From a virus (Duplodnaviria > Caudoviricetes): a stretch of 64,000 bases of DNA. Each line of letters opens with the position of its first letter. The stretch's first letter is position 1. A program made the translations under genes and the position numbers. This document shows positions 21,801 to 31,187 of the stretch, piece after piece. Where the stretch lies: positions 104,877-168,876 of the IMG/VR virus record IMGVR_UViG_2595698755_000001; one strand, given 5' to 3'. The notes beneath the pieces are model-generated. The model ran no database searches and had not been told where the DNA came from. It worked only from the letters and a program-made list of their open reading frames with translations.

Positions 21801-24800
21801 TTTAGTACCTTTCTTGATGCTGTCTCCTGCTCTTTCGAATGCTTCATACTTAGCAAGTAATCCTTCTAAACCATCTGCACTCTTACGATAAGCGTTAACA
21901 GTTTGGTTGATACTCTTGTCAAGTGCTTCTTGTTCTTGTTTAGCTTTTTGATATTTCCCGATAAGGAACTCAATAGCCATACCAATACCCATGAAGACTG
22001 CACCCATACCAAGCATACCCATTAAAGACCTACCGAATCCTGCAAGTGCACCACCAAGTGATTTCATAACACCTACTCCACCAGTTGACGTTGTGATAAC
22101 TCCCTGCATACCGCCTTTGAACTTATCTAATGCAGTTGCTTGAGCACCCATTGTACGAGTTGTTTCAGCCATACCTTGTTTGAATACTCCAACAGTTGCG
22201 CCCATTCTACCAAATAGACCTTGGAATGCACCCATTTTAGCCATTACTGCTCCAAGGATTAACCCTACACCAGATAACGCTCCAAATGATTGTGCTACGT
22301 TTGTGATACCTTTTGCTACCGCACCTAGACCATTGATAGCCATTAAGATTCCACCACTTAGGAATGCTTTACCGATAGCCAATGACATTTCAGTGAAACC
22401 ATTTTTAAGTTTGTTAATCTTAGCTTCGAATGATTGTAGATACTTTTCATTCTCACGCATTGCAGAACCTTGTGATTGGTAAGCAGTGTTTGTCGCTTTA
22501 ACAGCCATATCGTAATTGTTCATTACAGCTAGGAAACGTGTTAATTGGTTACGACCTGCGATTTTAACTGCGATGTTTTGTTGTTCTTCTTTTGTTAAAG
22601 TTTTCCATCTTTCACCAAGTTCGTTCATGATTTGAGATACTGGTTTAACAGATTTTACACCATTTTCACCAATCTCATACATTGCAATACCGACATTTCT
22701 AAGTGTCTGTTCTGAGTCTTTCATTGTTGTCATACGAGAATAGATTGTTTTCAATGAGTTACCAATGATAGCACCAGACTCCATTGTTACCGCACCAATC
22801 GCTGTGATATGACCAATGTTTTCTTCTAGACCTACACCGAATGTTTTACCTGCTGATGCAGATTTTTGTAAACCTTCTGCTAACTGTTTCGTACTGATAG
22901 CATAGTTGTTATCTACTTCGTTCAGTGCATCTACGATTCTGATAGAATCAGAAGCTTCAATGTTGAATGCGTTCATAGTACCTACTAGAGATTTCTGTGC
23001 TTCTTCAACTGATAAGTCAGATACGTTTGACATTAGTGTTGCTGTTTCTGTGATAGATGTTAATTGTCGTTCATTGAAGTCACCAAATGTACGAGCAAAC
23101 TCATTCATACCTTTCATAATATCATGGATATTATTACCAAGTTTACCAGATAATTCTACAGCGTTTCCGAATAGAATATCAACGTTTTGGTCTGCACTCG
23201 CTACTCTTCGTAATTCAGTCATAGCTTTATCTACTTCTAGAATCTCTCTAGTCATAGCTTGTAAGCCTTGAATTGGAGCAGTCATCATTTGTTGTGAAAT
23301 CATCCATACTGGAGCACTTTGCATGAAGACTTTAAACTTCTCCCATGCACCTAAGTTACGGTTAACGTTACGAACCATTTCGTCAGAAACTTGTCGCATT
23401 TGACTAGAGCCTTGTGTCATACTATATGTAACTTTACGAACGTGTTCTCCTGTTCCTTGGAATACAACAGACATATTTTTAACTGAACGACCCATTGAGT
23501 CAATTCCGTCACGACCAAATGAGATAGAAGCTACTCGTGCTCTCTCAACTGTTCCAATATATCTCTGTAAGTCAGCAATTGCCTTGTTACTCATTGTTCC
23601 AGAACCAAAGATTTGTGATTCGATGTTTTTAACTTTCGCTTCTCCACCGAATTTAGCAGTGATGTCTTGACCTAATCTGATTGCTTTTTCTTTCTCTTTG
23701 ATTTTTCGTTGTTCTTCCGCTAACATTCTTTGGTATTTGCCTAATTCATTTCTAATATCTTGTGTTGCGACAGATACACCTTGACCCATTTTGTTCTTAA
23801 TTCCACTTAGGAAACCATCTAATTTAGGTTGTGTCTTACCAATAGCTTCAAATTGACGTTGTACTGCTTTCAAGTTTTCAACTAATGCTCTTGCTCTAGT
23901 TTGGTCTGAATCAATCCATTGCTTATCATTAATGCTTTGTAATCTTTTCTTTGCATCTGCAAGTTGTTTATATGTATTGATGGCATGTGTTGCTTGAATA
24001 GCTTCTGTGACCATACTACGTTGTAATTTGTTTTGTGGGTCATCACTTGGCATAGAACGTAGAATATTTTTAAGTTGTTGTCTTAATTGAATAGTTTGTT
24101 TAAGTACCGCTTGTGACTCTTTATCTTTAGCAATTAATTTATTTTGAGCATCTACTAGACTTTGTGCTTCAAGTCTGATACGCTTCATTTCAGCAGAAGG
24201 GTCACTTGCTTTAGCTGAAACCTTCGATTGTTGTAATAACCTATCGAACTCTGATTTGAAATCTGTTTCTTTATCAGTTTTAGGTTTTCTAGCTGTCGCT
24301 CTTAGTTTTTCCATATCTGCTTCTAATTTAGCTTGTTTAGCCAATTCAGCATTTCTTGCTTTAGTTGCTTGTGCTAATTGTTTTTCTGCATTAACTGCAT
24401 TTTGAAGGTCAACGACCATTTGTTTAGTAAAGCCTTTACCATTCTCTTCTGCTAAAACTTTCTTGATGTCTTTAAATTGATTTAATAAAGCAGTTTTATC
24501 TGAACCTTTACCAAGATTGTTGATTTCATTCTTCAATGTTTTCAACGTGTTTTGAATCGACTGAGCGTTCTTTTGTGTGTTATCTACGGTTTGTCTATTG
24601 ATAATTTCAAAAGCACCTTTATTAGCATTCCAAGAATATTTCATTTTCTCAACAATACCATTTGCTTTTTGCAATTCTGCTACGAACCCTGTAAGATTAC
24701 CTTTAGCATCTTTAAATTGAGTAGCTTTAAAAATACCGTCACCAAATTTACCGTTTAAGATAGATTTAGCTTTCTCAATTTCTGCTGTGTATTGTTTGAT

Positions 24801-25235
24801 ATTATTAAAGTTTTGAACCAGTGAACCTGTTGGAATATTTCCTCCAGATTGTGCTTTCCCCTTGATAGAAGAAGCTTGATTCATTTGTTGTTGCATTTGT
24901 TTTACTTGTTGACCATATTTTCTATTAAAATCTTCAACAGTTTTATATACATCTTTAAGTTGTTGCTTGATATTCTTTGTTGAACCTGCAACATCAATTT
25001 CTACTTTCAGCTTCATAGGTTTTGCCTGTAAAGACGTACTAATAGTTTTCATTTGTTTAGTTAAATCGCCAAGTTTAGCTTCAAGTTTAACTTTAAGCTT
25101 TACAGGATTATTTGCTAACATCTTAGAAATATTATTTACCTGTTGTGGTAACTTACTTCCCTTTGCATCCAATTCTACCTTTAATTTTACAACTTGTGCT
25201 TTTAGCGATATATTTAAATCATTACTACCTGCCAA
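15864..25235 (-). CDS. Tape measure protein (TP901-type core) with C-terminal SH3b domain, 3123 aa
   Basis: Very long helical ORF; DALNEVDNNYAIST..., IGNSLKTIYSR core; hydrophobic segments; YLNIRNAP...GDWWKV...GYANKKYI and AFDTGGYTG at the C-terminus. Confidence 0.92.
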   Translation of the reverse strand: MAGSNDLNISLKAQVVKLKVELDAKGSKLPQQVNNISKMLANNPVKLKVKLEAKLGDLTKQMKTISTSLQAKPMKLKVEIDVAGSTKNIKQQLKDVYKTVEDFNRKYGQQVKQMQQQMNQASSIKGKAQSGGNIPTGSLVQNFNNIKQYTAEIEKAKSILNGKFGDGIFKATQFKDAKGNLTGFVAELQKANGIVEKMKYSWNANKGAFEIINRQTVDNTQKNAQSIQNTLKTLKNEINNLGKGSDKTALLNQFKDIKKVLAEENGKGFTKQMVVDLQNAVNAEKQLAQATKARNAELAKQAKLEADMEKLRATARKPKTDKETDFKSEFDRLLQQSKVSAKASDPSAEMKRIRLEAQSLVDAQNKLIAKDKESQAVLKQTIQLRQQLKNILRSMPSDDPQNKLQRSMVTEAIQATHAINTYKQLADAKKRLQSINDKQWIDSDQTRARALVENLKAVQRQFEAIGKTQPKLDGFLSGIKNKMGQGVSVATQDIRNELGKYQRMLAEEQRKIKEKEKAIRLGQDITAKFGGEAKVKNIESQIFGSGTMSNKAIADLQRYIGTVERARVASISFGRDGIDSMGRSVKNMSVVFQGTGEHVRKVTYSMTQGSSQMRQVSDEMVRNVNRNLGAWEKFKVFMQSAPVWMISQQMMTAPIQGLQAMTREILEVDKAMTELRRVASADQNVDILFGNAVELSGKLGNNIHDIMKGMNEFARTFGDFNERQLTSITETATLMSNVSDLSVEEAQKSLVGTMNAFNIEASDSIRIVDALNEVDNNYAISTKQLAEGLQKSASAGKTFGVGLEENIGHITAIGAVTMESGAIIGNSLKTIYSRMTTMKDSEQTLRNVGIAMYEIGENGVKSVKPVSQIMNELGERWKTLTKEEQQNIAVKIAGRNQLTRFLAVMNNYDMAVKATNTAYQSQGSAMRENEKYLQSFEAKINKLKNGFTEMSLAIGKAFLSGGILMAINGLGAVAKGITNVAQSFGALSGVGLILGAVMAKMGAFQGLFGRMGATVGVFKQGMAETTRTMGAQATALDKFKGGMQGVITTSTGGVGVMKSLGGALAGFGRSLMGMLGMGAVFMGIGMAIEFLIGKYQKAKQEQEALDKSINQTVNAYRKSADGLEGLLAKYEAFERAGDSIKKGTKEYDEFMLVQTKLSQAMPNMVKTIDSQGQAWMKSSKELREHLKLTKELSQAKADATNKRFDENVKKEAEALRELVEEEKKLKAERDKIKTGSVDWKAGTGGASKEERAEAQMKYEKGMADLVYKRLDATQKTTAKIQEQSRAYLEAKGSLAKMGEGAQQVVEKFATMNSDKIKKLVEDGKSQAQIDSMIRKITEGGNQMGDVFAKAFDKMTQGIDSGTLKGSQKIEQIKQQLGSIGKAIPDDFFDIKNLDDLDKAKENMEKLIDVGMKVKSSNGGTFDELAKEAEKYGLSAEQAREFVMKLGMESANAELRNRALEESQNGVSSAMEGTGGSVDEATGALKDYKEAVIDAIDAQKELFGYKNEELGNMQGHLEALKTAQLLYGENAKGTQLWAESGAKLSEFLGISKDQVYENIDGLHETISVMQEIGVKYDESGKLALDWGSATEGQINRFRESVAKYGLDVDLLTGKARTFGHGIKEQGQILDENGNRIDQAGDKAKSGGEKFNEAGDKAKEGGDKANEAGDKFNEAGDKVGSSGSKFQPFIQEMEKLGQLSGQTGQQVIEGLQKINLADFSQVKAKGDELGLTMEGVIEYAKKAGAITPEEMAKIGNSGEKLSLLENKMKDLGFDEFTAKSSETAGKVEADMQRAGNSGAPLSLLEQKMRDLGFDELTTKSGEASSKVSSDTTAIGNSGGNMSPLKTEADAVGRKLIDMNTQLGGTVGGFQSGMSQIGNSGNSLAPLKENVKNIGTEMSNTKTAVETNVGGINTAFSNLGTGINQGFQPFKTSAQLFTEQLQGMSRQSGTSAQEIQGHVTTIGNAKNALDQYKIAVDNVKTSMNGMATEVTGTATGLSQFGMAFAGAGQAMSGFQTSMSGVRGEMSNVVSQASGTAQSLQGIGDSMANASGSASSFVGAMNGVGASCSLASQSMANMGSASATASSGLASATQASQASANASQNNAQAKNAEANASQNSATASFNVANAKQSEASAIMSAISATQNMAQAYSAMAQAGISSISSIVGAISSYMMAVFAMASGTMQASSAIKGAFSSMVGTVVGSTGAMNSAHNSQASALNKVRDSANQAKSAVQGLNSTISGAMTNLNNYIAKAQQASNVQVKAPSLPPLPTGATWTMSSITNVLADTGNGEVASAVTNFGSAMSSALGSFSASSGDSGSIGGGGGTSGTIQPSIYTGYNSYGLFGALSGYSDSFEDNDRNDPNRRKKGYVQTEDGSWVKESFYSAKASSTDSEADKLADPTVWSSYERSMKELDVTLKWMEAKMKSMNKSTAEYRKMMHDVYQVEIKRWELLNHDLWDKERRNEQIKRELEGLKNINSHTKEQRDQYNKLWSEYESNLSSITSMRAEWQEFLDNWEQRYADILKAHVDAIVEAYTKGLEEIKGKVDDIDFNISVAELTDPNNMTKMMNLYIEKAQQLKLEKKKLEDQQRDLTLKLYEAEDKFGKDSKVATEIKAEIDKVKEAWEDSALAVLQAEKEIKDARGDVADKGIDQLKNYYKNMKDMAIDAIDKEQENLKKAHDAKMKLYDKEIEKINGVYDAKLKQMDKDKDEANYQEELSNKNKERADLQNKISILSKDTSLSGKKKLEEMKKELAEMDKEIAKFQQERQDELMRQALEDQKEQQLKEIEDKKKAEEEVLNGKVEELDKEKDNVSTKYDDLIDNEKRWADMRDQFIKGNFQTLNDELQKMQQQINNMNNGVFDGLTPSFKDFSDETKKQVQDANDMVVDNMDFNLQDPKSDVEELIKAKGYNTFENEVIRPDDPARPMKPAPEPPPTPPAQQKPPIPPQQMPTKGNVTGVTSDSYLNIRNAPNMQGGVIRRILNGANVQILGEEGDWWKVKFSNNRGASTGYANKKYIKAFDTGGYTGDWSGNGGKMAMLHKKEQVLNANDTKNLFDTVKLVDKVKDYLPNIQANNMARQFVGEGGVSGMNVENNYYLDVNIESMNGTKDQAKSVTSEIIKGLKKMGK

Positions 25236-25314
25236 ATTAATTCACCCCTTTAAAATCTAAAGGATGTATGTAACATCCTAATCTAAGAAGATTAAGATGT
25301 TACTCTTAAACTTC

Positions 25315-26301
25315 TTAGTCATATAATTCATCTATGTCAGAAGACTTATCTCTCACTACATAGATTTGTGTAGTTTCACTACTGTTATGTCCTAATAATC
25401 CTTGTACGGATTCTATACTCTTTCCTTCTTCTACAATCGCAATCGTTGCACGACTCGAACGTAATAAGTGAGGATGTACTTTTTTACCTAAAATTTCAGA
25501 GAAATCTTCACACCATAGATTGAAAGAGTTTGCTGAAATCTGTCGATATCCGTCTTTTGTTTTACTAACGAATAAGTGTGGACAATCATCTTCTCCACGA
25601 ACCTCTACCCATTTCTTAATTGCAGTCATTGTTTCATCGTTAAATGAGAAGTCTCTCATCTTACCAACCTTTCCTGCACCCTTTGCTCTAATCTTATGTG
25701 TCAAGTAATATTTCTTAACATTACCTTTTGAATCAACGTAATAGTCATATGTAGCAACTTCTTTAAGAAGCTGTCTTGATTCTTCTCTTCGGCAACCTGT
25801 ATCAAATGAGAATAATAGATATGCTAGTTTTTGCCATTCATTTCTCTTCTTTAATTCTTTTTTTAACTTTTCAATTTCTGCACTCGTTAAAGGAATTTTT
25901 TCCTTAACGTTTGCTTTAGCTACATTTTTTACTGCTTTTGTAAATATGTTTCTAAAATTCGGATGGTCATCTGAAAAGAATACTTCAATGTATCCACACA
26001 AACTTGAAACAGCCGAACGTTTAAATTTGATAGCATTAGGACTCAACCCTTTGCCCTCTAACCAGTTTTGATACTTCATAGCATCACGTGGTTTTAAATC
26101 TGGGATATCTTTATTTCTAGCATGGTCATGAACCCACTTTGCAAATATCTTTAATCCCGATTCATATTGTTTAAGAGTAGCAGGAGATAAACGACCTTGT
26201 GCTAAGAACTCTTCTATCAGTTCTTTGTTATAGTCATTTACCTCATCTTTCCAAAACTGCTCACTTACTTCTTCTATTTTTTTATATGCCATTTCAATCA
26301 C
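25315..26301 (-). CDS. Tyrosine recombinase (XerC/D-like)
   Basis: TGCRREE, KG..K, HPHLLRSS, LLGH, TQIY catalytic residues intact. Confidence 0.9.
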   Translation of the reverse strand: MIEMAYKKIEEVSEQFWKDEVNDYNKELIEEFLAQGRLSPATLKQYESGLKIFAKWVHDHARNKDIPDLKPRDAMKYQNWLEGKGLSPNAIKFKRSAVSSLCGYIEVFFSDDHPNFRNIFTKAVKNVAKANVKEKIPLTSAEIEKLKKELKKRNEWQKLAYLLFSFDTGCRREESRQLLKEVATYDYYVDSKGNVKKYYLTHKIRAKGAGKVGKMRDFSFNDETMTAIKKWVEVRGEDDCPHLFVSKTKDGYRQISANSFNLWCEDFSEILGKKVHPHLLRSSRATIAIVEEGKSIESVQGLLGHNSSETTQIYVVRDKSSDIDELYD

Positions 26302-26802
26302 CTACTTAATGAATGCTCCACTCCATTGTACTTCTACCATGATTCTTTTGTCTGCTACAGCTTTATACTGACTAACAACAGTATCAAGGTAACTTCCACC
26401 GCCACCATTCCAAGCCCAATATGTATGTCTATAAATTTGCTTTCTGTAAATAGCTTCTAGTTTCTTAGAATGCCATCTAGTACCGATAAGCATTATAGCG
26501 TGACCTTTCTTATTGGTTGATGTTTTTCCTTCGGTGTATAGCCAAGAATCATGATAGGCTAGGCTGTTTTCCCATGTAAGTTCGATACTATACATGCCAA
26601 ATCCATGACTCTTGATACCTTTAAGTTTAATGGCTCTTAGAGACTTTCCTGTTCTTCTATACTCTTTAGGAGAATAGCTTCCCATGTATTGTTGCCAAAC
26701 TCGCTTGGCTATTCTCTCTATTTTCTTACCTTCTTTTGTTAAAGCCTTGATTGCTTCTATGTCGGTCTGGAAATATAAACCGTTATTCTTTTGCTTTACC
26801 AT
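26302..26802 (-). CDS. Hypothetical protein in tail module, 166 aa
   Basis: ORF overlapping the upstream gene; RRTGK motif loosely like neck/HK97 gp10-type proteins. Confidence 0.55.
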   Translation of the reverse strand: MVKQKNNGLYFQTDIEAIKALTKEGKKIERIAKRVWQQYMGSYSPKEYRRTGKSLRAIKLKGIKSHGFGMYSIELTWENSLAYHDSWLYTEGKTSTNKKGHAIMLIGTRWHSKKLEAIYRKQIYRHTYWAWNGGGGSYLDTVVSQYKAVADKRIMVEVQWSGAFIK

Positions 26803-27298
26803 TTTCCATCAATGCTCTCACTTCTGGATTTTCAATGCTATCAAGAATCTCATTTGCTTCGGCTACTGACTTAGACATATTCTCTGAAATCTCATTGATA
26901 GTTTCTGTTAATTTTTCATATAAATCAACGATTTGGTCATCTGGCATTGCGTTAACAATTGTACCTAAAACTCCTAAGTCTAGTAAAACTTGTAGATAGT
27001 CTAATGCTTCCTCGATGTCATCTGGTACATCTAAACTAGTGAAGTGCTTAACCATCAATAGAGATGTGTAAGGCGTTGCGATAGAATATAACTTCTCATC
27101 GTTACGACCTGCTTCAAAGAATTTGATTAAATCATCCAGAACCTTATTTCTTTTTGATTGTCGGAAATGCACATCAATTTCAACTTTGTAAACTGTATCA
27201 TTGATTGTAATAAATTCCTCTTTTGTTTCACTCAATACTTTATCTTGCTTCTTCATCTCAGCAAGTGTAAGATGTTTGATTTTTTTCTCTTTAGCCAT
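26783..27298 (-). CDS. Putative tail assembly chaperone, 171 aa
   Basis: Acidic helical protein directly after the major tail gene; function inferred from position. Confidence 0.5.
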   Translation of the reverse strand: MAKEKKIKHLTLAEMKKQDKVLSETKEEFITINDTVYKVEIDVHFRQSKRNKVLDDLIKFFEAGRNDEKLYSIATPYTSLLMVKHFTSLDVPDDIEEALDYLQVLLDLGVLGTIVNAMPDDQIVDLYEKLTETINEISENMSKSVAEANEILDSIENPEVRALMENGKAKE

Positions 27299-27378
27299 TT
27301 TTAAAAACTCCTTTTATATACTTTTATACCATTATATTTAGCGCTTGTCTGCAAAGAGCAGTATAAGTCTATAATACT

Positions 27379-27407
27379 ATTATACCACAAACTTGATAAA
27401 ATTTCAA
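27379..27407 (-). promoter_or_regulatory. Sigma-A-like promoter
   Basis: TTGAAA-17-TATAAT with TG extension, just past a terminator. Confidence 0.6.
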
Positions 27408-27427
27408 TTTTATCTAGTACATTATTT

Positions 27428-27467
27428 CAAAAAAAATAGGGTAGAGAAACTTTATGTTCTCTACCCT
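27428..27467 (-). terminator. Rho-independent terminator after major tail gene
   Basis: AGGGTAGAGAA/TTCTCTACCCT stem followed by A and a T9 tract on the minus strand. Confidence 0.8.
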
Positions 27468-27481
27468 TAATGAAACAACTA

Positions 27482-28225
27482 TTATAGACGGATGATGTCG
27501 TATAATTTGTTTGTTTCTGCATCTACTAATACGTCTAGTGTGAAGTCGAATGTAGATACGTTTTCTGCATCCATTGTTAAGTTGAATGTAGATTGTAATT
27601 TCGCTTTTGGTACAACGAATTGCATTTTACGGTCAACACCGTCTTGTCCACGAACTACTGTGTCACCTACAACACGATATGTAGCAGGGAAGTTAGCACC
27701 GTTGAATGTTACTTGTGTAGCACCAGTTGGAGCAACGTAAGTATAGAATACCATTACATTTGAACCTACTGCTACGCCAGTTGCGATTGTAACCTCTTTT
27801 TCATTTACAGTGATTCCTGCAACTTCTTCTGTCATAAGACCTTTTTCTACTTTGTAAACTGTTACTGAACCATCTTTTGGAGTTTGTGCAAGTGTAACTT
27901 TAACTGCTGGGTCTGTACCTGCAACCGCTGTTAATACTTCACGACCTACTACCTCGATGTTAGTTGTTTTTACTGCTGTACCTGCTAGTAAGCTAAGTGA
28001 TACGTCAGATAGTAATGCATCTTGAAGTGTTAATGTAGCTGTACGTCCAAAGTCCCAAGTCATTAAACGACCGTTACCTTGTCCACCACGTGCTTCTGCA
28101 CTTTCAGATTCGTTTTCGATTGTTGACACCTTTAAAGTATCAAAGAATAAAACTGGTTTGTTTGTTGCAACGTCAAAGAAGATAACGTTTGCAACCTCTT
28201 TTAAGCCATAACGAGTATTTGCCAT
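27482..28225 (-). CDS. Major tail protein
   Basis: YGLKEVANV, DTLKVSTIE, ARGGQGN.RL..WD motifs; strong GGAGG RBS; followed by a terminator. Confidence 0.8.
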   Translation of the reverse strand: MANTRYGLKEVANVIFFDVATNKPVLFFDTLKVSTIENESESAEARGGQGNGRLMTWDFGRTATLTLQDALLSDVSLSLLAGTAVKTTNIEVVGREVLTAVAGTDPAVKVTLAQTPKDGSVTVYKVEKGLMTEEVAGITVNEKEVTIATGVAVGSNVMVFYTYVAPTGATQVTFNGANFPATYRVVGDTVVRGQDGVDRKMQFVVPKAKLQSTFNLTMDAENVSTFDFTLDVLVDAETNKLYDIIRL

Positions 28226-28275
28226 TATAATTTTCCTCCTATAATTTTGAAAAAATTCTATGTATCAAGCAAGTT

Positions 28276-29124
28276 TTATAACTTACTAGACCAATGCTTT
28301 AAATCTACTTTTTCTGCCCCTGCCATTATAGCCTTGACACTGAAATCGTAGTTGTCGATTAACTCCAATCTTGCGTATTCATCGTACATTTGATATAAAG
28401 TTAAATCCCAAATATTGAACTTATTGATTGAACTACTTTTAGAACTAACTGCACTAATAATATCTGCGATGTCAATTCCATCACCGTCATCACCTTGTTC
28501 GTTCTGTTTTAATTTATTAACTTTCTCTCTATTCTCTTTCATTTGCGCCATTAGTTTTCTTGTTTCTTCGTCTACTGGATTTTCTTCTTCAACCTTGACT
28601 TTAGTTAGTCCATTCTGTAGTTTTACTACTTGGATAATCTCATCGAAATTATCTCTATGAACAACTTTAAAATCTTCTTCTGGAATACTATCAAGCTTTT
28701 CACTATTAATTTGAAAGTGACCATCTTCATCTCTATAGAAGATTCCTAATTTGAAGAAGTCAAAAACTACTATTCCTTGGTCTTCCAAATATCTAATATC
28801 ATTGTTTTGGAATATCATAGCTAGAGACATAAGCATAACTTGTGTCAACTCTGCTCCACCAAGCTTTGAGAAAAAGTCAAATGATTTCAAACTGTTTCGT
28901 TCAGCCATCAATATCATTTTCTTTTCAATATCTGTTGTTGATGCAATGAAATCTTCAACAGATGGTAAAATCCATTGTAGATTCTGCATATATTTTGTAT
29001 AACCATAATCTCTAACTTGTGCTAGAGTGTATGGTGTTAACTCTAAATTATCTACCTTTATCCCTTGTCCTCCAAGCAATAACAACTTTAAGTCGATACT
29101 ACTTAATTCTTTGAAGTTGTGCAT
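28276..29124 (-). CDS. Conserved phage protein, 282 aa
   Basis: ORF in head-tail region; C-terminal NIWDLTLYQ...MAGA...KHW motif. Confidence 0.6.
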   Translation of the reverse strand: MHNFKELSSIDLKLLLLGGQGIKVDNLELTPYTLAQVRDYGYTKYMQNLQWILPSVEDFIASTTDIEKKMILMAERNSLKSFDFFSKLGGAELTQVMLMSLAMIFQNNDIRYLEDQGIVVFDFFKLGIFYRDEDGHFQINSEKLDSIPEEDFKVVHRDNFDEIIQVVKLQNGLTKVKVEEENPVDEETRKLMAQMKENREKVNKLKQNEQGDDGDGIDIADIISAVSSKSSSINKFNIWDLTLYQMYDEYARLELIDNYDFSVKAIMAGAEKVDLKHWSSKL

Positions 29125-29624
29125 TAAACTTCAACCGTCATGTATTCGCTAGTAATACGAACTGCATCGAATTTAGTATTTACTGCCAAATGTTGGAATC
29201 CACTCATTTTCAGTTTAATACCATTTCCTACTGCTCTCTTACCTACCATGTCTATTACTCTAGCCATAATCTCGTATGGTCTAATCATTTCTCCTTTGAT
29301 AAGCCAAAGTTCTTTTGCCACAACAATATCAATATGTAAAGTTGTTTCAGAGATAACTTCGCTCTCATCTAAGTCTCCATAATTGTAATAAACACGAATG
29401 AACGAACCATTGGTTTCAGTTGCTTCAACATCGAAAGGATAAGGTTTAATACGACAGAGTTGATGCTTCGGATTGATAACATTAGCAGGGTTAATTACAG
29501 GTAAGTTTGGGTCAAAAGGATTGTCCACATCATTTACCAATAATTGTAATAGCCCTTGATTGTTCGATAAAGTCTTCATAACATTAACTACATTTTTTGA
29601 TAGTGAATCAAATCTCATTACCAA
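29124..29624 (-). CDS. Putative tail completion/neck protein (start may be 29618)
   Basis: Position between head closure and tail genes. Confidence 0.55.
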   Translation of the reverse strand: MVMRFDSLSKNVVNVMKTLSNNQGLLQLLVNDVDNPFDPNLPVINPANVINPKHQLCRIKPYPFDVEATETNGSFIRVYYNYGDLDESEVISETTLHIDIVVAKELWLIKGEMIRPYEIMARVIDMVGKRAVGNGIKLKMSGFQHLAVNTKFDAVRITSEYMTVEV

Positions 29625-30388
29625 ATGTCACCTCCGTCATCAGTTCCTTCACCTGTTGGTGGTTTAGGATTAACTCCTGTCTCTTTATATTCGTTTACTG
29701 CAATATTGTTTTCAAAATCATCATTTGCTTGTTTAGTTGTAATCTTGATTGTTAACTGGATTATTCCATTACCATTTTTTGTGATACCTGTTACATCATC
29801 TCGACCTACTACTTCAAAAACATTATTTCCAAATATGAATCTCTGATTTAAATCAATACTTTTTGTTTCTTGGTTTGCTTCAACGAATACAAATAATTGA
29901 CCTACTGGAAGTCGAACGTCATATTTATTCCATTCGATTTCTACTCGGTTTTGTTTAGCTTTAGAACCTAAATCTGTAGAACCTGCAATACAATCCCACT
30001 CTCGAATAACACCATCTTTATCTTTCCACTTTAAAGTACGGTTACATTTCTCAGCTAGCATCTTTACACTAGTTGAACCTGTCCCACCATACTTATCAAA
30101 TAGAAGCCAAGTGTCTCCATCGAATTTGACATAAGTTCCTGTTTCTAAACTTTGATTTGGTCTGAAAATAACTTCTCTTAGAGAACCCATTCTCTCAACC
30201 TCTACAACCCTTGCATCCATCTGTTTTATTTCTGGGAACTGTGAACTCACAACTTCCAATACTCTAAAAGTAGGGGATGTATGGAATGTAGCTTCTATAA
30301 AAGCAATGGTGTTGTTCTTATATGCATCACCAACATCATTACCGCTACGTCTTAATCGTCTTTTGTATTTTCCAATATAATCACTCAT
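29618..30388 (-). CDS. Putative head closure/neck protein, 256 aa
   Basis: Position; CNRTLKW motif; beta-rich. Confidence 0.55.
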   Translation of the reverse strand: MSDYIGKYKRRLRRSGNDVGDAYKNNTIAFIEATFHTSPTFRVLEVVSSQFPEIKQMDARVVEVERMGSLREVIFRPNQSLETGTYVKFDGDTWLLFDKYGGTGSTSVKMLAEKCNRTLKWKDKDGVIREWDCIAGSTDLGSKAKQNRVEIEWNKYDVRLPVGQLFVFVEANQETKSIDLNQRFIFGNNVFEVVGRDDVTGITKNGNGIIQLTIKITTKQANDDFENNIAVNEYKETGVNPKPPTGEGTDDGGDIW

Positions 30389-30390
30389 GG

Positions 30391-30711
30391 TTACTCACCT
30401 ACTTCTTCAAGTTTTCCTACCATGTTTTTGATAATATTAATACATTTAAAGATTTCTCTTTTTACAGTAGCTTTTCTACTGTTTTCTTTGCTAATTTCTG
30501 CTCTAACTGATTCCAATGTTGACAACAATGAAATGTACTCATAACTGTGTTCCACATTAACTGCTTCGTTTAATCCGTATAATTCAAATAGTAAAGATTC
30601 GATATATGTATCGACTCCAACATTCTTTTCCTCGAATAGAGGTAGAATCTTGAAGACACTGTTTACTACTGAATTTAGATAAACTACTAGTTTGGAATTA
30701 TCATTTATCAT
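30391..30711 (-). CDS. Hypothetical protein, 106 aa
   Basis: Translationally coupled ORF (ATGA overlap); FKILPLFEE motif. Confidence 0.6.
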   Translation of the reverse strand: MINDNSKLVVYLNSVVNSVFKILPLFEEKNVGVDTYIESLLFELYGLNEAVNVEHSYEYISLLSTLESVRAEISKENSRKATVKREIFKCINIIKNMVGKLEEVGE

Positions 30712-31172
30712 TTGTAATTCTCCTTATCTAACTTAAAGTAAGTATAAGTAGAAATCATTTTATTTGCTTCTTTTTTCAGTTCCTTAGACAGTAATCTTAA
30801 TTCTCTTAACTGATTTGCTTGTGAATAAATCTTGAAGTCTTTATCACTTAAAGATTGTTTATTAACCTCTGTTGATACCATTAGTGGTTTCATATATTCA
30901 ACCAACATTAATGCAATTAAAATTTCAACTTCATATTCTGTCAATTCAACTTCGAAAGAAGTAAATTCCTCTTGAACACCGTCAACCATTTCCGTTGCTA
31001 TTACTGTTTTCAAACTTTGTCTACATCTAAAAAACTTGGCACGTGCAGATTTGAAATATGAGAATAATTCTTCGTCAATATCCATATCTGTGATTGTGTT
31101 TGCAAGCAATGTATAATCTGATATCTTACTTAAAAATCCATCATAAACTTCTGCAAGGCGTGTATTTGTCAT
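30708..31172 (-). CDS. Putative head-tail adaptor, 154 aa
   Basis: VYDGFLSKISDY...DFKIYSQAN.L helical adaptor-like pattern; position after capsid genes. Confidence 0.55.
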   Translation of the reverse strand: MTNTRLAEVYDGFLSKISDYTLLANTITDMDIDEELFSYFKSARAKFFRCRQSLKTVIATEMVDGVQEEFTSFEVELTEYEVEILIALMLVEYMKPLMVSTEVNKQSLSDKDFKIYSQANQLRELRLLSKELKKEANKMISTYTYFKLDKENYK

Positions 31173-31187
31173 CTATCTCACCTCACA

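Noticed and set aside
25261-25305. dif-like Xer site next to the recombinase
   Set aside because: It does not match the 11-6-11 dif layout with a TTATGT(T/A)AA arm; kept only as an inverted repeat.
26783-26810. Programmed -1 frameshift between tail chaperone-like genes
   Set aside because: No XXXYYYZ slippery heptamer near the overlap, and the downstream ORF has its own ATG.
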